DNA of 64,000 nt from Myxococcota bacterium (GTDB lineage: Bacteria > Myxococcota_A > UBA796 > CAJQPC01): contig DASCPX010000129.1 of assembly GCA_036012755.1 (NCBI GenBank), positions 32,001 through 96,000 on the forward strand, given 5' to 3'. The notes below the pieces were generated by a model that was given only the letters and a program-made list of their open reading frames with translations, made no database searches and had not been told where the DNA came from. Of this stretch, positions 29,112 through 43,200 are shown piece after piece (the first letter of the stretch is position 1; each line of letters begins with the position of its first letter). The position numbers and the translations under genes are program-made.

Positions 29112-30095
29112 ATGAAGGCCCCCATTGTCGTCGCAGTGACCGGCGCCGCCGGCAACATCGGCTACGCCCTGCTCTTCCGTCTCGCCTCTGGCGACTGCTA
29201 CGGAAAGGACCAGCCGGTCATCCTGCAGCTGCTCGAGATCACCCCGGCGCTGTCCGCCCTGGAGGGGGTCGTGATGGAGCTCAACGACGGCGCCTTCCCT
29301 CTCCTGCACGGCGTCGAGATCAGCGATGACGCCAACGTCGCCTTCCGCGGTGTCAACCAGGCCTTCCTCGTCGGCGCACGCCCCCGCGGTCCCGGCATGG
29401 TCCGCGCTGACCTGGTCGCCGCGAACGGGCCCATCTTCGTCGGCCAGGGCAGGGCGCTCAACGACAACGCCGCGGACGATGTCCAGGCCATCGTCGTCGG
29501 CAACCCCGCCAACACCAACGCGCTGATCGCCATCCACAACTCGCCGGACATCCCCAACGACCGCATCCACGCCATGACCCGGCTGGACCAGAACCGCGGC
29601 AAGTCCCAGATCGCCGCGAAGGCTGGGGTCACCCCCGGCGAGGTGACGAACCTCGGCATCTACGGCAACCACTCGCCGTCGATGTTCCCGGACTTCCTCC
29701 ACGCCAGGGTCGGTGGGCAGCTCGCCATCGAGGCGATCCCCGAGAAGACCTGGTGGCACGAGCACTTCATGGGCGTCGTGCCGACCCGCGGCAAGGCCAT
29801 CATCGCGGCCCGCGGTGCCTCCTCTGCAGCCAGCGCGGCCAGCGCCGCCATCGACCACGCCTCCACCCTCTGGAACGGCACCCCGGAGGGCGAGGTCGCC
29901 AGCATCGGTATCTACAGCACCGGCGACTGGTACGGACTGCCAGAGGATCTCGTCTACAGCGTGCCGTGCACGGTGAAGGACCGGGTCGTCACCCCTGTCA
30001 CCGACATCGAGCACGGTCAGTGGGCGACGGAGCGCATCGCGGCCTCTGCAGAAGACCTCCTCGGAGAGCGCTCGGCGGTCGCTGAGCTGCTGTAG
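29112..30095 (+). CDS. mdh: Malate dehydrogenase
   Basis: [64 protein letters not shown]. Confidence 0.95.
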   Translation: MKAPIVVAVTGAAGNIGYALLFRLASGDCYGKDQPVILQLLEITPALSALEGVVMELNDGAFPLLHGVEISDDANVAFRGVNQAFLVGARPRGPGMVRADLVAANGPIFVGQGRALNDNAADDVQAIVVGNPANTNALIAIHNSPDIPNDRIHAMTRLDQNRGKSQIAAKAGVTPGEVTNLGIYGNHSPSMFPDFLHARVGGQLAIEAIPEKTWWHEHFMGVVPTRGKAIIAARGASSAASAASAAIDHASTLWNGTPEGEVASIGIYSTGDWYGLPEDLVYSVPCTVKDRVVTPVTDIEHGQWATERIAASAEDLLGERSAVAELL

Positions 30096-30198
30096 TTCGG
30101 GTTGGATCTGGGGTCCGGTGATCCCATCCCCGTGAGACAAAGAGATCGCAGTTGTCGGACTATCCCGACAAGTGCTTGACATTCTGGGGCCGCCCAAC

Positions 30199-30214
30199 TG
30201 GCACGCTTCTTGCG
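30199..30214 (+). promoter_or_regulatory. sigma54 (-24/-12) promoter
   Basis: TGGCACGCTTCTTGCG, exact consensus, 70 nt upstream of ATG 30284; dyad TTGTCGG-N6-CCGACAA at 30152-30171. Confidence 0.72.
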
Positions 30215-30283
30215 AAGTGAGAAGTTGACCGGGTGTGCGTTCGCTATCGAACATGCAGGCACCCCAACGTCCGGAAGGAGCCC

Positions 30284-31843
30284 ATGTCCCGCACCGCTCT
30301 TGTCATAGGCGCTCTTGGAGCGACACTCATCGGCTGCTCCGATCAGAGCCTTCACGCCATCGACGACGCCAACGGCGCCGGAGGGCCCGAGATAGCGGTC
30401 GATCCAGAGGTCATCGACTTCGGGACAGCGAGCCGCGGGGAGTACCGGAACGACGTCTTCACCGTCACCAACGTGGGCGACGGCGATCTCCACGTCAGCG
30501 AGATCGTGCTCGCCGACGACGACGCGGGCTTCTCCATCCTGAGCGAGACCCTCGACTTCTACCTGCCGGCGGGCGCCTCGCAGGAGATCGAGGTCGACTG
30601 GACCCCCTTCGGTGTCAGCCAGAAGAACAACGTCTTCGTGACCAGCGACGACGAGGACGTCGAGAAGGCCACGGTCGAGCTGCGCGGCGAGGGCCTCGTC
30701 CCCGAGCTCAAGATCGACCCGGACCCCTACGACCTCGGCAACACCTACGTCGGCTGCCCCCGCACGGGTCAGATCGACCTCGTCAACGTCGGGACCGATG
30801 TGCTCGACGTCGAGTACGTCGACGTGTTCAACGATGGCTACTTCGAGATCGAGAACCCCAACACCCTGCCGGCGACCCTGCAGTCCGGCGAGTCGATCCC
30901 GCTGTACGTCACCTTCGATCCGGACGAGGACATCTCCTACGACGGCGAGATCGTCGTGACCTCTACCGAGCCGAAGGGCACGCGGACGGGCACCCAGACC
31001 GGCCTCGGCCTGTACACGGCCGAGTACAAGGAGAAGTGGGAGGTCCCCTACGACCCGCCCTCGGACATCATGTTCCTGGTCGACCAGTCCTGCTCCATGG
31101 ACGATGACCAGACCCGGCTCGCCAACAACTTCGAGCTCTTCGCAGACACGCTCAACGACTACACCTCCGACTGGCAGATCATCGTCGTGAACGATGACGA
31201 CGGCTGCACCAACAGCGGCATCCTGGTCCCTGGTGGCAGCTCCTGGCGCGATCGCTTCAAGAGCGCCGTGAAGAAGGGTGGTGGCAGCTTCACGGAGTCC
31301 CTGTTGACCCCTGCTGCCTACGCGACCGGCAAGAGCGGGAGCGGCCAGTGCAACGCCGGCTTCATGCGTGACGGAGCGCTCCTTCACATCATCGCCGTGT
31401 CCGACGAGCCGGAGCAGAGCCCCTACACCAGCGGCTACTCCTGGAGCCAGCTGGTCGACATGATGGTGGCGAACAAGGGCAGCGCCTCGTTGGTCAAGGT
31501 CTCCGCGATCGTCGGTGACTACCCCAGCGGGTGCTCCACGGCCGATCCGGGCACCGGCTACTACGAGGCCGCCAACTACACCGGCGGCGAGTTCCTGAGC
31601 ATCTGCGCCAGCAGCTGGTCGGGCTACATGTCGGCGCTGGCCGAGGCCTCCGTCAGCATGGACACCTACGAGCTGAACGCCACGCCGGTCGAGCACACCC
31701 TCTGGGTCGCCGTGAACGACGTCGAGCGCACCAGCGGCTGGTACTACGACAGCGGCGGCAACTCGGTGATCATCACCGAGAACATCCCGGAGGGCGGCGA
31801 CGTCGTGAAGGTCACCTACGCGGGGCTCGCCAACTGCGACTGA
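30284..31843 (+). CDS. Lipoprotein with two Ig-like (choice-of-anchor D/ASH-like) domains and a vWA domain
   Basis: LIGC lipobox; IDFG..VTNVG and YDLG..LVNVG repeats; DIMFLVDQSCSM MIDAS; IIAVSDEPEQS; AAGGAG RBS. Confidence 0.8.
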   Translation: MSRTALVIGALGATLIGCSDQSLHAIDDANGAGGPEIAVDPEVIDFGTASRGEYRNDVFTVTNVGDGDLHVSEIVLADDDAGFSILSETLDFYLPAGASQEIEVDWTPFGVSQKNNVFVTSDDEDVEKATVELRGEGLVPELKIDPDPYDLGNTYVGCPRTGQIDLVNVGTDVLDVEYVDVFNDGYFEIENPNTLPATLQSGESIPLYVTFDPDEDISYDGEIVVTSTEPKGTRTGTQTGLGLYTAEYKEKWEVPYDPPSDIMFLVDQSCSMDDDQTRLANNFELFADTLNDYTSDWQIIVVNDDDGCTNSGILVPGGSSWRDRFKSAVKKGGGSFTESLLTPAAYATGKSGSGQCNAGFMRDGALLHIIAVSDEPEQSPYTSGYSWSQLVDMMVANKGSASLVKVSAIVGDYPSGCSTADPGTGYYEAANYTGGEFLSICASSWSGYMSALAEASVSMDTYELNATPVEHTLWVAVNDVERTSGWYYDSGGNSVIITENIPEGGDVVKVTYAGLANCD

Positions 31844-32185
31844 CGATCTGAGGCAGGATGGCGGCCATGTCGCTGCTGCTGCTCCAGAAGGTCGTCAAGC
31901 AAGTCCTCGATGTCTACGGTGCACCGGTCGGCGGGTCCACGCCCGCCGAGGTGACCGCTGCCATCGACGGGCTCTTCGGCGCCAACCCGTCATTCGACAC
32001 CTGGAGCGCTGGCGGCTCGCTCGTCGGCCCCTCCAGGGCGACTCCGGGCCTCGGTCACCTCGTCCTCGAGGGCGTGCCGCGAAGGGAGCCCGCATCCTGG
32101 ACTACCGCAGCGTCAACCTCGATCCACTCGAAGAGCAGCTCCTCAGCGAGTGATCGCGCGGAGTGCTCTTCACAACCGGGCACGA

Positions 32186-33802
32186 CTACCAGGAAGGGGA
32201 CACCGCCGACCGGGTACAGACCCGGTGCTCGTCATCGACCTCGTCGCACACCCAACCGTCTGGAGTTGGTCTCTTCCCCCGGTGATCGATGACGAGGTCC
32301 ACTCCGAGCGCGTCGAAATAAGCCACAGCGGATGCACCAGGCCAACGGCCGGCGAGCTCGTTGACACTGTCCAGCTCCCTGGAAGGCCGGGCGAAGCGCC
32401 CACCCACCACAGGGCGCTGGTGTGTGGCCACGGCGGTCACGCGCGCGCCGTCGTAGCAGGAGCAGCGTCTGCCCACGAGGTCGACGATTGGTCCATCGCC
32501 GCGCAGAACGTGCTCATAGACAGTCGGGACCTCGAAGGTGTCCGCCGGGACGATCTCGGGGCGTGCCTTCTCCATCAGCACCACCGGGACGATCAGCACG
32601 GCAGCCAGTCTGCCCGGTCGGCCGAGGTCCCAGATGCGCTTCCACCCCGCGGCACCGAACAGACCAAGACACATCTGGCTGATCACCAGCCATCGCGCTG
32701 GCGCTCGCATCCGACCGGCGAGCGGCTCCACCAGGAGCGCTGGCCCGGAACCCAGCGAGACTCCGCCGATTCGTATCTCCGGGCCCAACGCGAGGAGCCA
32801 GGTCGCACAGAGGGTCCCCAGCACCGCCAGCCACACCCATCGCAGGTCCGAGCGCTTCCGGAGGACCACCACGCCCCCGAGCATCGCCAGAGCGAAGGCT
32901 GCGTAGCCGTCGGTCTGGGGCTCGAGGGTGCCCGCTGGCCAATCAGCACCGAGCAACCCATGAAGCCACAGCCGGCCATCGGGGAGGATGAGCCTCAGCG
33001 GATCGAGGCTCGTGTGCACCCGCTCGCTCATGGAGATCTCGGCATCCCATGAGGCCGCGGCTCGCGCGTAGACGGTCGCTACCGGCAGCGCTGTCATCAG
33101 GCCAGCCGCCCACCCGGCGAACCCGGCACAGATCGTCTTCCAGCTCGAAGCACGGAATGCTGCGGCGGTCAGCAACAGGACGATGATCGGGACGCCGAGG
33201 TGGGCGCCGACGTAGAAGCCTCCATGCACCGCCAGCCCCACGCACCCGCCACCTACCGCAGCCATCCAGACCCGCCGGCGGTGTAGTCCGAGCCCGAGGA
33301 GGAGGAGCCCGAGGAGTCCAGGCCAGTGCGTGACGAGGTTGGCGTGGCCGAGGTGAGCCACCGAGACGGAGCCGAACCCGACGAAGAGCCCGACGACAGC
33401 GCCCTCCGGGCCGAAGTCCAGGAGCGCCGTGGCCATTCGATAGAGGATCCAGGCGCTGAGCCCGAGGCCGACGACCGACAGCATCGTGTAGCCGGAGATC
33501 GCATCGATCCCCATGGCTCTCAGTGGGACCGAGAGCAGGCCCTGAAGGCCGAACCAGTCCGTCAGCGCCAACCGGTCTGGAACGGGCCATCCCAGAGGTG
33601 AGCTCAGCAGCTGGACGTCCCCGACCAGGCTCCGCCGAACGTGCTCCACTGCGACGGCGCTGAACAGGGCGTCTCGGTGGCCCGCGAGTGACCGCCCGAA
33701 CGGGAACGCGGGCGCGAGGACCGCGGCTCCGATCAATGTGATCGTGATCGCTGCGATCGCTTCGCGGAGCAGCCTCTTCGCCTTGCTGCCCTCCGTCTGC
33801 AT
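32186..33802 (-). CDS. Polytopic membrane protein, GT-C/YfhO-like
   Basis: Many hydrophobic segments, LLALGP and RMRAPARW motifs, soluble C-terminus; start uncertain. Confidence 0.6.
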   Translation of the reverse strand: MQTEGSKAKRLLREAIAAITITLIGAAVLAPAFPFGRSLAGHRDALFSAVAVEHVRRSLVGDVQLLSSPLGWPVPDRLALTDWFGLQGLLSVPLRAMGIDAISGYTMLSVVGLGLSAWILYRMATALLDFGPEGAVVGLFVGFGSVSVAHLGHANLVTHWPGLLGLLLLGLGLHRRRVWMAAVGGGCVGLAVHGGFYVGAHLGVPIIVLLLTAAAFRASSWKTICAGFAGWAAGLMTALPVATVYARAAASWDAEISMSERVHTSLDPLRLILPDGRLWLHGLLGADWPAGTLEPQTDGYAAFALAMLGGVVVLRKRSDLRWVWLAVLGTLCATWLLALGPEIRIGGVSLGSGPALLVEPLAGRMRAPARWLVISQMCLGLFGAAGWKRIWDLGRPGRLAAVLIVPVVLMEKARPEIVPADTFEVPTVYEHVLRGDGPIVDLVGRRCSCYDGARVTAVATHQRPVVGGRFARPSRELDSVNELAGRWPGASAVAYFDALGVDLVIDHRGKRPTPDGWVCDEVDDEHRVCTRSAVSPSW

Positions 33803-33920
33803 TTGCGAAGTGCCCATCGTCGTCAGGGCCCATGGGGGTGGCTGGGCAAGGTACTCGGTTCCGGCCTGGTACGAGGTGATTGCGCTCCGGCTCGAATCGG
33901 CGAGCGCGATATCCACGCAC

Positions 33921-35485
<1,565 letters not shown>

Positions 35486-35489
<4 letters not shown>

Positions 35490-36496
35490 TCGACCTCCGC
35501 AGCGACACAGTCACCCGCCCTACGACCGAGATGCTCGAGGCGATGATGACCGCCGAGGTGGGCGACGACGTCTTTGGCGACGACCCCTCTTGCAACCGCA
35601 TCGAGGCCCTCGCCGCCGAGCTCTCCGGCAAGGAAGCGGCGCTGTTCTTGCCGACCGGGACGATGGCCAACCAGATCGCCATCCGCCTCTGGACCCAGCC
35701 CGGTGACGAGGTGCTCATGGAGGCCGGCGCCCACCCCTTCAACTACGAAGCCGCCGGCGCCGCCGTCATCAGCGGCGTTCAGATCCGCACCCTGACCGCG
35801 CCTGGTCGGGGACAGCTCGACCCGGCACAGGTCTGGGCCGCCTTGCGGGTGGACGATCCCCACTTCGCGCCGGCGACGCTGCTGTGCGTGGAGAACACCG
35901 CCAACCGCGGCGGCGGCTCCGTCTACCCCCAGGACGTGCTCGATGCGCTGGTCGGCGGCGCCAACGACCGCGGCCTTCGTGTCCACCTCGACGGCGCCCG
36001 GATCTTCAACGCTGTGGTGGCCAGCGGCCTCCCCCTGGCGCGGGTCTGCAGGGGCTACGACTCCATCAGCTTCTGCCTCTCCAAGGGACTGGGAGCGCCC
36101 GTCGGCTCGCTGCTGTGCGGACCCGCCGATGAGATCCATCGGGGCCGGCGCTTCCGCAAGTTCCTGGGCGGGGGCATGCGCCAGGCGGGCTTCCTGGCCG
36201 CGGCGGGCATCTACGCCCTGCAGAACCACACCGAGCGGCTCGCCGAGGACCACGCTCGGGCGCGCGAGCTGTGGTCAGGCCTGCGAGACCTCGGCTTCAC
36301 CAGCGAGGAGCCCGAGACGAACATGGTCTACGTCACGGATCTCGAGGACGCGGTCTCCGGCGCGGCGCGGCTCGCCGAAGCGGGGGTCCGTGTCGTCTGG
36401 GTCAGCAGGAGCTCGATCCGCCTCGTGACCCACCTCGACGTGGACGACGAAGACATCGGACAGACACTGCGCGCGTTCTCGGAGTTGCGGCAATAG
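35486..36496 (+). CDS. ltaE: Low-specificity L-threonine aldolase
   Basis: MIDLRSDTVT, VGDDVFGDDP, GTMANQ, HLDGARIFNA, CLSKGLGAPVGS, GGGMRQAG, IRLVTHLDV. Confidence 0.95.
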
Positions 36497-36559
36497 CCTT
36501 CGCCGCGTTCCGGTCTGCGTCGCTGCTTTCTCGGTAGACTGCGCCCCCGGAGGCCCGAG

Positions 36560-37174
36560 ATGTTCGCTCTGCTCATCGCCTGCGCCGCCAATCCGCCTGG
36601 AGTCGACCTGGTCGACCCCAGCGGTGGCAAGCCCGGGGACAGGGTCCGCGTCGTCGGGAACGACTTCCAACAAGGCGCCAGCGCCACCCTTGGAGGCGAG
36701 GCCGCCGAGCTCTCCTACAAGGGCGTCATCAGCCTCGAGCTCACCGTCCCGGAGCTGACCCCGGGGGAGCACGAGCTCGTCGTGACCAACCCGGACGGAC
36801 AGACCGCCACGGTACCGCGCGCCTTCGCCGTCGCCCCGCCGCCAGAGGCTCTCTCCATCTGCTCGGGGGCCTACACGGCGTACTCCCAGCTCGCGGCCAG
36901 CCGGAAGATCATCAAGATCGACCGACACCCGACCGGCGATGGTGAGCGGGAGACCCTCCAGATCGACTTCTCGGACATCGCCGCTGTCGAGTACGAAGCT
37001 CGCGTCCAGGGCGATGACTACTGTTCCGCGATCATCCTGCGCCTCAAGGATGGCCGCCGCGAGGTCTATGAAGACAGCAAGGACCTGGTCTTCCGAACCA
37101 AGGCCCAGGAGTTGGCGAACGTGCTCGGGACGCCGGTGGATGTCACGCACGAGGACCCGAGAGAGGTGGACTGA
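36560..37174 (+). CDS. IPT/TIG-domain lipoprotein
   Basis: MFALLIAC; VDPSGGKPGDRVRVVGNDF..VVTNPDG IPT pattern. Confidence 0.75.
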   Translation: MFALLIACAANPPGVDLVDPSGGKPGDRVRVVGNDFQQGASATLGGEAAELSYKGVISLELTVPELTPGEHELVVTNPDGQTATVPRAFAVAPPPEALSICSGAYTAYSQLAASRKIIKIDRHPTGDGERETLQIDFSDIAAVEYEARVQGDDYCSAIILRLKDGRREVYEDSKDLVFRTKAQELANVLGTPVDVTHEDPREVD

Positions 37175-37227
37175 GGTAGCATTCCGGTCCCTGACACCGG
37201 ACCCGTGAAGGCCGGCACGGAGGCGGC

Positions 37228-40200
37228 ATGTTCCTGCGCATCCTGGCCCTTCTGGCCGCCACGTTCGTTCTTGGTGGAGACGCCTCCGCAGCAACCACGT
37301 GCGGGGACGGTGTCCTGGACGCCGGAGACGAGTGCGACGACGGAGGCAAGGTCGACGGCGACGGCTGTGACAGTCGCTGCGACATCGAGCCCGGATGGGA
37401 CTGCGTCTTCAGCTCTTCGTTCGAAGAGGACTTCAACGAGAGCCTCGTCAGCTCCGGCACCTCGGCGTCCTGGAGCACAGCGACCGACAGCATGAGCGTC
37501 AGCCAGAGCGCGGACTCGGTGCCAGCGGTCTACCTGACCACCCTGCCCACGGAGGGGGTCACCATCACCTTCGACCTGGAGGTCACCTCCTCGAGCGACG
37601 ACGACTACATCGGCTTCGTCGTGGCCTACGACAAAGAAGAGAGCGAGGAAACGGACGCCCACTGGATGCTCTTCGACTGGAAGAAGGCCGACGGCAGCGG
37701 CAGCGGCTGTACGGCCGCCGAGGGCTTCGTGATGAGCCGGGTGACGGGCGAGGTCAGCCAGGAGGAGCTCTGGTGCCACAGCGACGAGGTGAGCGAGGTC
37801 GCGCGCGGCGACAACTACGGCTCGACCGGGTGGACCGCCGGCACCACATACGAGATCGAGCTCGTCTATACGGCGACGTCGATCACGGTCAGCATCGACG
37901 GGGTCGAGGAGATCTCCGAGACCGGCAACTTCCCCAGCGGACGCCTGGGCTTCTACGTCAACTCCCAGGACAACGCCTCCTTCGAGCTGACCAGTCCCGA
38001 CCAGAGCGGGTTCTGCGTGGACGGGCTCGACACGGACGGAGACTCGATCGAGGACCTCGTCGAGGTCCTCGACGACGAAGACACCGACCGCGACGGGCTC
38101 GACAACTTCCAGGACCCTGACGACGACGGCGACGGCATCTGGACCTCGGAGGAGTACTACGGCTCCGCCACGAGTCCGGTCGGGCAGGACTCCGACGGCG
38201 ACGGCACGGACGACTACCTCGACGATGACGATGACGACGACGGCGTCGACTCCATCGACGAAGACATCGACGGCGACGGAGATCCGCGAGACGACGACAC
38301 CGACGGCGACGGAACCAACGACTACCTCGACACGGACGACGACGACGACTCCATCCCGAGCGCGGACGAGTCGCTCGAAGGGGACACCGACGGCGACGGC
38401 ACTCCCGACCACATCGACACGGACGACGACGGCGACGGCATCCCCACGGAAGACGAGGCCTATGACGGAAACGCCGCCTTCGAGCAGGACTCGGATGTCG
38501 ACGGCACGATGGACTACCTCGACGAGGACGACGACGAAGATCTCGTCGACACGATCGACGAGGACGTCGACGGTGACGGTGACCCCACGAACGATGACAC
38601 CGACGGTGACGGCACCTACGACTACCTGGACCTCGACGACGACGACGACGGTATCAGCACGGAGGAGGAGCAGGCCCGCGGAGACACCGATGGCGACGGC
38701 AAGGGTGATCACATCGACGCGGACGACGACGGCGACGGCATCCTGACGGAGGACGAGGTCTACGACGGCACGACGGATCCGGACGACCAGGACAGCGACG
38801 GTGAAGGCACCGCCGACTACCTCGACGCGGACGACGACAACGACGGCGTGGACACGATCGACGAGGACGTCGACGGTGACGGCGATCCGACCAACGACGA
38901 CACCGACGGCGACGGCACCTACGACTACCTCGACATCGACGATGACGGTGACGGCGTCCTGACCGAGACCGAGCAGGGCGCTGGGGACACAGACGGCGAC
39001 GGCACGCCCGATCACATCGACACCGACGACGACGGTGACGGCATCCTGACAGAGGACGAGGTCTACGGCGGCACCACGGATCCCGAGGACCAGGACAGCG
39101 ACGGTGACGGCACCCCCGACTACGTCGATGCTGACGACGATGGTGACGGCGTCGACACCATCGACGAGGACATCGACGGCGACGGCGACCCGACGGACGA
39201 CGACACCGACGGCGACGCCACCTACGACTACCTCGACGACGACGACGACGGAGATGGCCTCTCCACCATCGACGAGGACACCGACGGCGACGGTGACCCT
39301 ACGAACGACGACTACGACGGTGACGGGACGGCGAACTACCTCGACACGGACTCCGATGGGGACGGCATCGACGACGATGTCGAGGTCGCGGCGGGCTACG
39401 ACCCATACGACAGCGACAGCGACGGCGACGGGGTGGACGACGGCACAGAGGTCGCAGACGGCGGAGACCCGCTGAACGATGACGACGACGGCGACGGCGT
39501 GGACACGGAGGACGAGGACGTCGACGGCGACGGCGACGCCAGCAACGACGACACCGACGGTGACGGCATCCCCGACTACGTCGACACGGACGATGACAAC
39601 GACGGCGTCGACACGATCGACGAGGTCGACGAGAGAGACTCGGACCGTGACGGGACCGACGACTACCTCGATGAGGACGACGACGGCGACGGGGTCGACA
39701 CGATCGACGAGGACGTCGACGGTGACGGCGACCCGATGAACGACGACAGCGACGTCGACGGCGACGCTGACTACCTCGATGAGGACGACGACGAGGACGA
39801 CGTCGACACGCTGGACGAGGACGTCGACGGCGACGGCGACCCGATGAACGACGACAGCGACGGCGACGGCATCGCTGACTACCTCGACACCGACGATGAC
39901 GGCGACGGCATCCCGACCGCCGAAGAGGACGACAGCAGGGACTCAGACGGCGACGGGGTGTACAACTACCTGGACGACGACGAGGACAACGACGGGGTCG
40001 CGAACATCGACGAGGACATCGACGGCGACGGCGATCCGCGCGGTGACGACAGCGACGGGGACGGAGACGACGACTACCTCGACGAGGACGACGACGAGGA
40101 CGGCATCGACACGATCGACGAGGACATCGACGGCGACGGCGACCCGATGAACGACGACACGGACGGAGACGGTACGGCGGACTACCTCGATGAGGACGAC

Positions 40201-43200
40201 GACGGTGACGGCATCCCGACCCACGATGAGGCGGTGCTCGTGGACTACCTCGACTCCGACACAGGGGACACGGCGGACGACTCCTACGTGGACCTGGCGG
40301 ACACCGATCTGGACGGCACCTACGACTACCTCGACGCCGACGACGAGGGCGATGGCGTCGACACCATCGACGAGGACATCGACGGCGACGGAGACCCGAC
40401 CAACGACGACAGCGACGGCGACGGGACGGTCGACTTCCTGGACGAAGACGACGACGGCGACGGTGTCCCCACCGCCGACGAGTCCTACTCCGGCACCCCT
40501 GGGTCCACCGACACCGATGGCGACGGGACCGCTGACTACCTCGACACAGATGACGACGGTGACGGCATCCCGACCCTGGATCAGACCGACGCGGATGAAG
40601 ACGGGGTCTACGACAACATCGACGAGGACCTCGACGACGACGGTGATCCGACCAACGATGACACCGACGGCGACGGCACGCCCGACTACATCGACGATGA
40701 CGATGACGGCGACGGCATCGACACGGTCGCAGAGGACACCGACGGCGACGGGGATCCGACAAACGACGATCTTGATGGCGACGGCGTCGCGAACTACTTC
40801 GACGACGACTCCGACGGTGATGGCCTGACGGACGCAGAGGAGGGCCTCGGCGACACCGACCCCTTCGACGACGACTCCGACGACGACGGCATCACTGACG
40901 GCGACGAGGAGGCGATCGGGAGCGATCCGACGGACACCGAGACGGACACCGACGGCGACGGGCTGACCGACGCGGACGAGCTCGGCGTCTACGGCACCGA
41001 CCACGACGACACCGACAGCGACGGCGATGGCCTCGACGATGGAGACGAGGTCGACATCTACGGGACCGATCCCGACAACGCCGACACGGACCTCGACGGC
41101 CTGGATGATGGCTACGAGACCAACACCTCCAAGACGGATCCGAACGACAGCGACACCGACGGTGACGGCGCCCGCGATGGCCTCGAGCTCAGGGTGCTGG
41201 TGACGGACCCGCTCGACAAGGACACTGACGCCGACGGCCTGAGAGACGGCGACGAGCTCGACTGGGGCAGCGATCCCCTCGACACCGACACCGACAGGGA
41301 CGGCCTCGAAGACGGCGACGAGGTCGATGTCTGGGGTACGGATCCGTCCGACGACGACAGTGACGGTGACGGGCTCTTCGACGGCGATGAAGTCGACTTC
41401 TGGGGCAGCGACCCGGCGGTCTACGACAGCGACGGTGGCGGTGCCTCCGACGCCGAGGAAGCGGCTGCTGGAACTGATCCGAACGACGACACAGACGACG
41501 CACCCGACGCCGACGACAGCGACAGCGACCTCGTCCCCGACTCGGTAGAGGAGCTCATCGGCACCGACCCAGCGGACGACGACACAGACGACGACGGCCT
41601 CATGGATGGCGAGGAGCTGACCGCGTGGCGGTCGAACCCGCTGGTCCCGGACACCGACGGCGACGGCCTCACGGACTACGAGGAGGCCACGGTGTGGAGC
41701 TCTTCGCCCGCGAGCCGTGACACGGACGGTGATGGGCTGGAGGACGGCGCAGAGGCCGAGCTCTACGGCAGCGAGCCGGGTCTCTCCGACACGGACTCCG
41801 ACGGCATCGACGACGGCGAGGAGGTCGGCCTGTACGGCTCGGATCCCGGTGAAGCCGACAGCGACGGCGACGGCCTCGACGACGGCGAGGAAACCTGGAC
41901 CCACCTCTCTCACCCGATGCGGCTCGACAGCGACGGTGATGGGGTCGGCGACGGCGTCGAGGTGGAGCTCTGGGACAGCGACCCGGCGGACGATGACACC
42001 GACGGCGGCGGCGAACGCGACGGCGTGGAGGTCCGGGCGGGCAGCGATCCCCTCGACCCCCAGGACGACGGCTCGAGCTCCGACCTCGACGGTGACGGGC
42101 TCACCAACGCGGACGAGAGCGTCATCGGGACCGATCCGGCCGACGAGGACACCGACGGTGACGGGCTCTCCGATGGCGATGAGTCGCTCGAGCTGGGGCT
42201 CGATCCGGACGACCTCGACAGCGACGGCGACGGCCTCGACGACAACGACGAGATCGACGTCCACGGAACGGATCCCACGATGTGGGACACGGACGCGGAC
42301 GGGCTCGGCGACGGCGCCGAGATCGCCGACGGGACCGACCCGCTCGATGTCGACAGCGACGGCGACAGCATCTCCGACGGCGAGGAGCAGGTGGTGCATG
42401 GCACCGACCCGCTCGGGCTCGACAGCGACGAGGACGGGCTCGATGATGACGAGGAGCTCTATGGCTGGATGACCGACCCGTTGGTCGAGGACACCGACGG
42501 AGGTGGCCGCGGCGACGGCGACGAGGTCAACGGCGACGGCACCGATCCGATCGAGCCCACCGACGACCTCGAGGACACCGACGGCGACGGGCTGACCGAC
42601 CAGACCGAGGAGAACATCCACGGGACCGATCCCAACCTGGCGGACACGGACTCCGACGGCATCGACGATGGTGACGAGCTGGACCTCGGCACCGACCCGC
42701 TCGACGACGACAGCGACGACGATGGGCTCCTCGACGGCGAGGAGCTGGACCTCGGGACGGATCCGCTCGACGACGACAGCGACGACGACGGACTCTCCGA
42801 CGGGGACGAGGTCGATGCATACGGCACCGACCCGCTCTCTGCGGACAGTGACGGCGACGGGCTCGACGATGCAACGGAGATCGCGGGCCTCGGCACCGAT
42901 CCGAACAACGCCGACACCGATGCAGACGGCCTCGACGACGGTGACGAGCTGCTGCTGGGCACCGACCCGCTCGATGAGGACAGCGACGGCGACGGACTCA
43001 CCGACGCCGAGGAGGTCGACCTCGGGACGGATCCGATGAACGAAGACAGCGACGGCGGTGGCAAGGGCGACGGCGACGAGGTCGCCGAGGGTCGAGACCC
43101 CCTCGATCCAGACGACGACTTCGATTCTGGCAGCTACAGCGGCGGCTGGGCTTGCGCGAGCGGTCCTGCAAGCCCCGCTGGCTTCCTGCTGGTGCTGCTC

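Noticed and set aside
31858..32292. ORF downstream of the vWA lipoprotein
   Set aside because: The first half looks coding but the rest degenerates and overlaps the convergent gene; cannot be supported as a gene, possibly a remnant.
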